Part shown: piece after piece, positions 63,837 through 64,000 of the stretch
Layout: every line of letters begins with the position of its first letter
Numbering within the stretch: position 1 is the first letter of the stretch
Made by a program: the position numbers and the translations under genes
Assembly (NCBI GenBank): GCA_034520965.1
Contig: JAXHMY010000003.1
Location: forward strand, 288,001-352,000
Direction of reading: 5' to 3'
Source: Spirochaetia bacterium
GTDB lineage: Bacteria > Spirochaetota > Spirochaetia > DSM-16054 > Sediminispirochaetaceae
Length of the DNA stretch: 64,000 bases
The notes under the pieces: generated by a model
Databases searched by the model: none
What the model saw: only the letters and a program-made list of their open reading frames with translations
Told to the model about the DNA's origin: nothing

Positions 63837-63876
63837 AAAAGGCGGTCTGAGTCCCAACTCGGACCGCCTTTTTTTC
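63837..63876 (+). terminator. Intrinsic terminator of the tRNA cluster
   Basis: AAAAGGCGGTCTGAGT-CCCA-ACTCGGACCGCCTTTTTTT. Confidence 0.9.
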
Positions 63877-64000
63877 TATTAAGAAAATTGCTGAAAGCAA
63901 TTTTCATTGTTTCGGTTGCCCCACAGCGGCATACGAAACTATACAGGTACAATGAGTGGTTTCCTGAACACTCGAAATTCGTGTATACTTTGAGATAACT

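Overview
Bacterial chromosomal window, most likely from a free-living anaerobic spirochaete. The evidence is a spirochaete-type CheY with an N-terminal extension, the prfA-prmC-rel gene order and a His-Arg-Lys-Leu-Gly tRNA cluster. Most of the window is housekeeping and signalling genes. At least a dozen genes are split by single-base indels, which looks like uncorrected sequencing error rather than pseudogenisation. Accessory content: (1) a single-ORF IS1-like element with 21-bp TIRs and a 9-bp TSD; (2) three copies of an unannotated ~143-bp double-hairpin element (putative MITE), each with its own 9-bp TSD and with compensatory stem changes, two of which bracket a vapBC toxin-antitoxin pair; (3) a GC-richer ~11-kb block ending at the 3' end of tRNA-Arg(CCG) that encodes an E. 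coli ygcU/R/Q/W/E-like orphan catabolic pathway plus an Opp-type ABC importer. Other points of interest: a sigma-less partner-switching cluster, a CBS-kinase/DRTGG/PHP trio without its usual hydrogenase, the methanogen-type homocysteine and sulfide-assimilation trio (DUF39, NIL-ferredoxin, UPF0280), a divergent membrane pyrophosphatase, and a 55-aa Cys4 ORF before prfA that the ORF track missed. All family calls come from motif recognition by eye; no searches were run.
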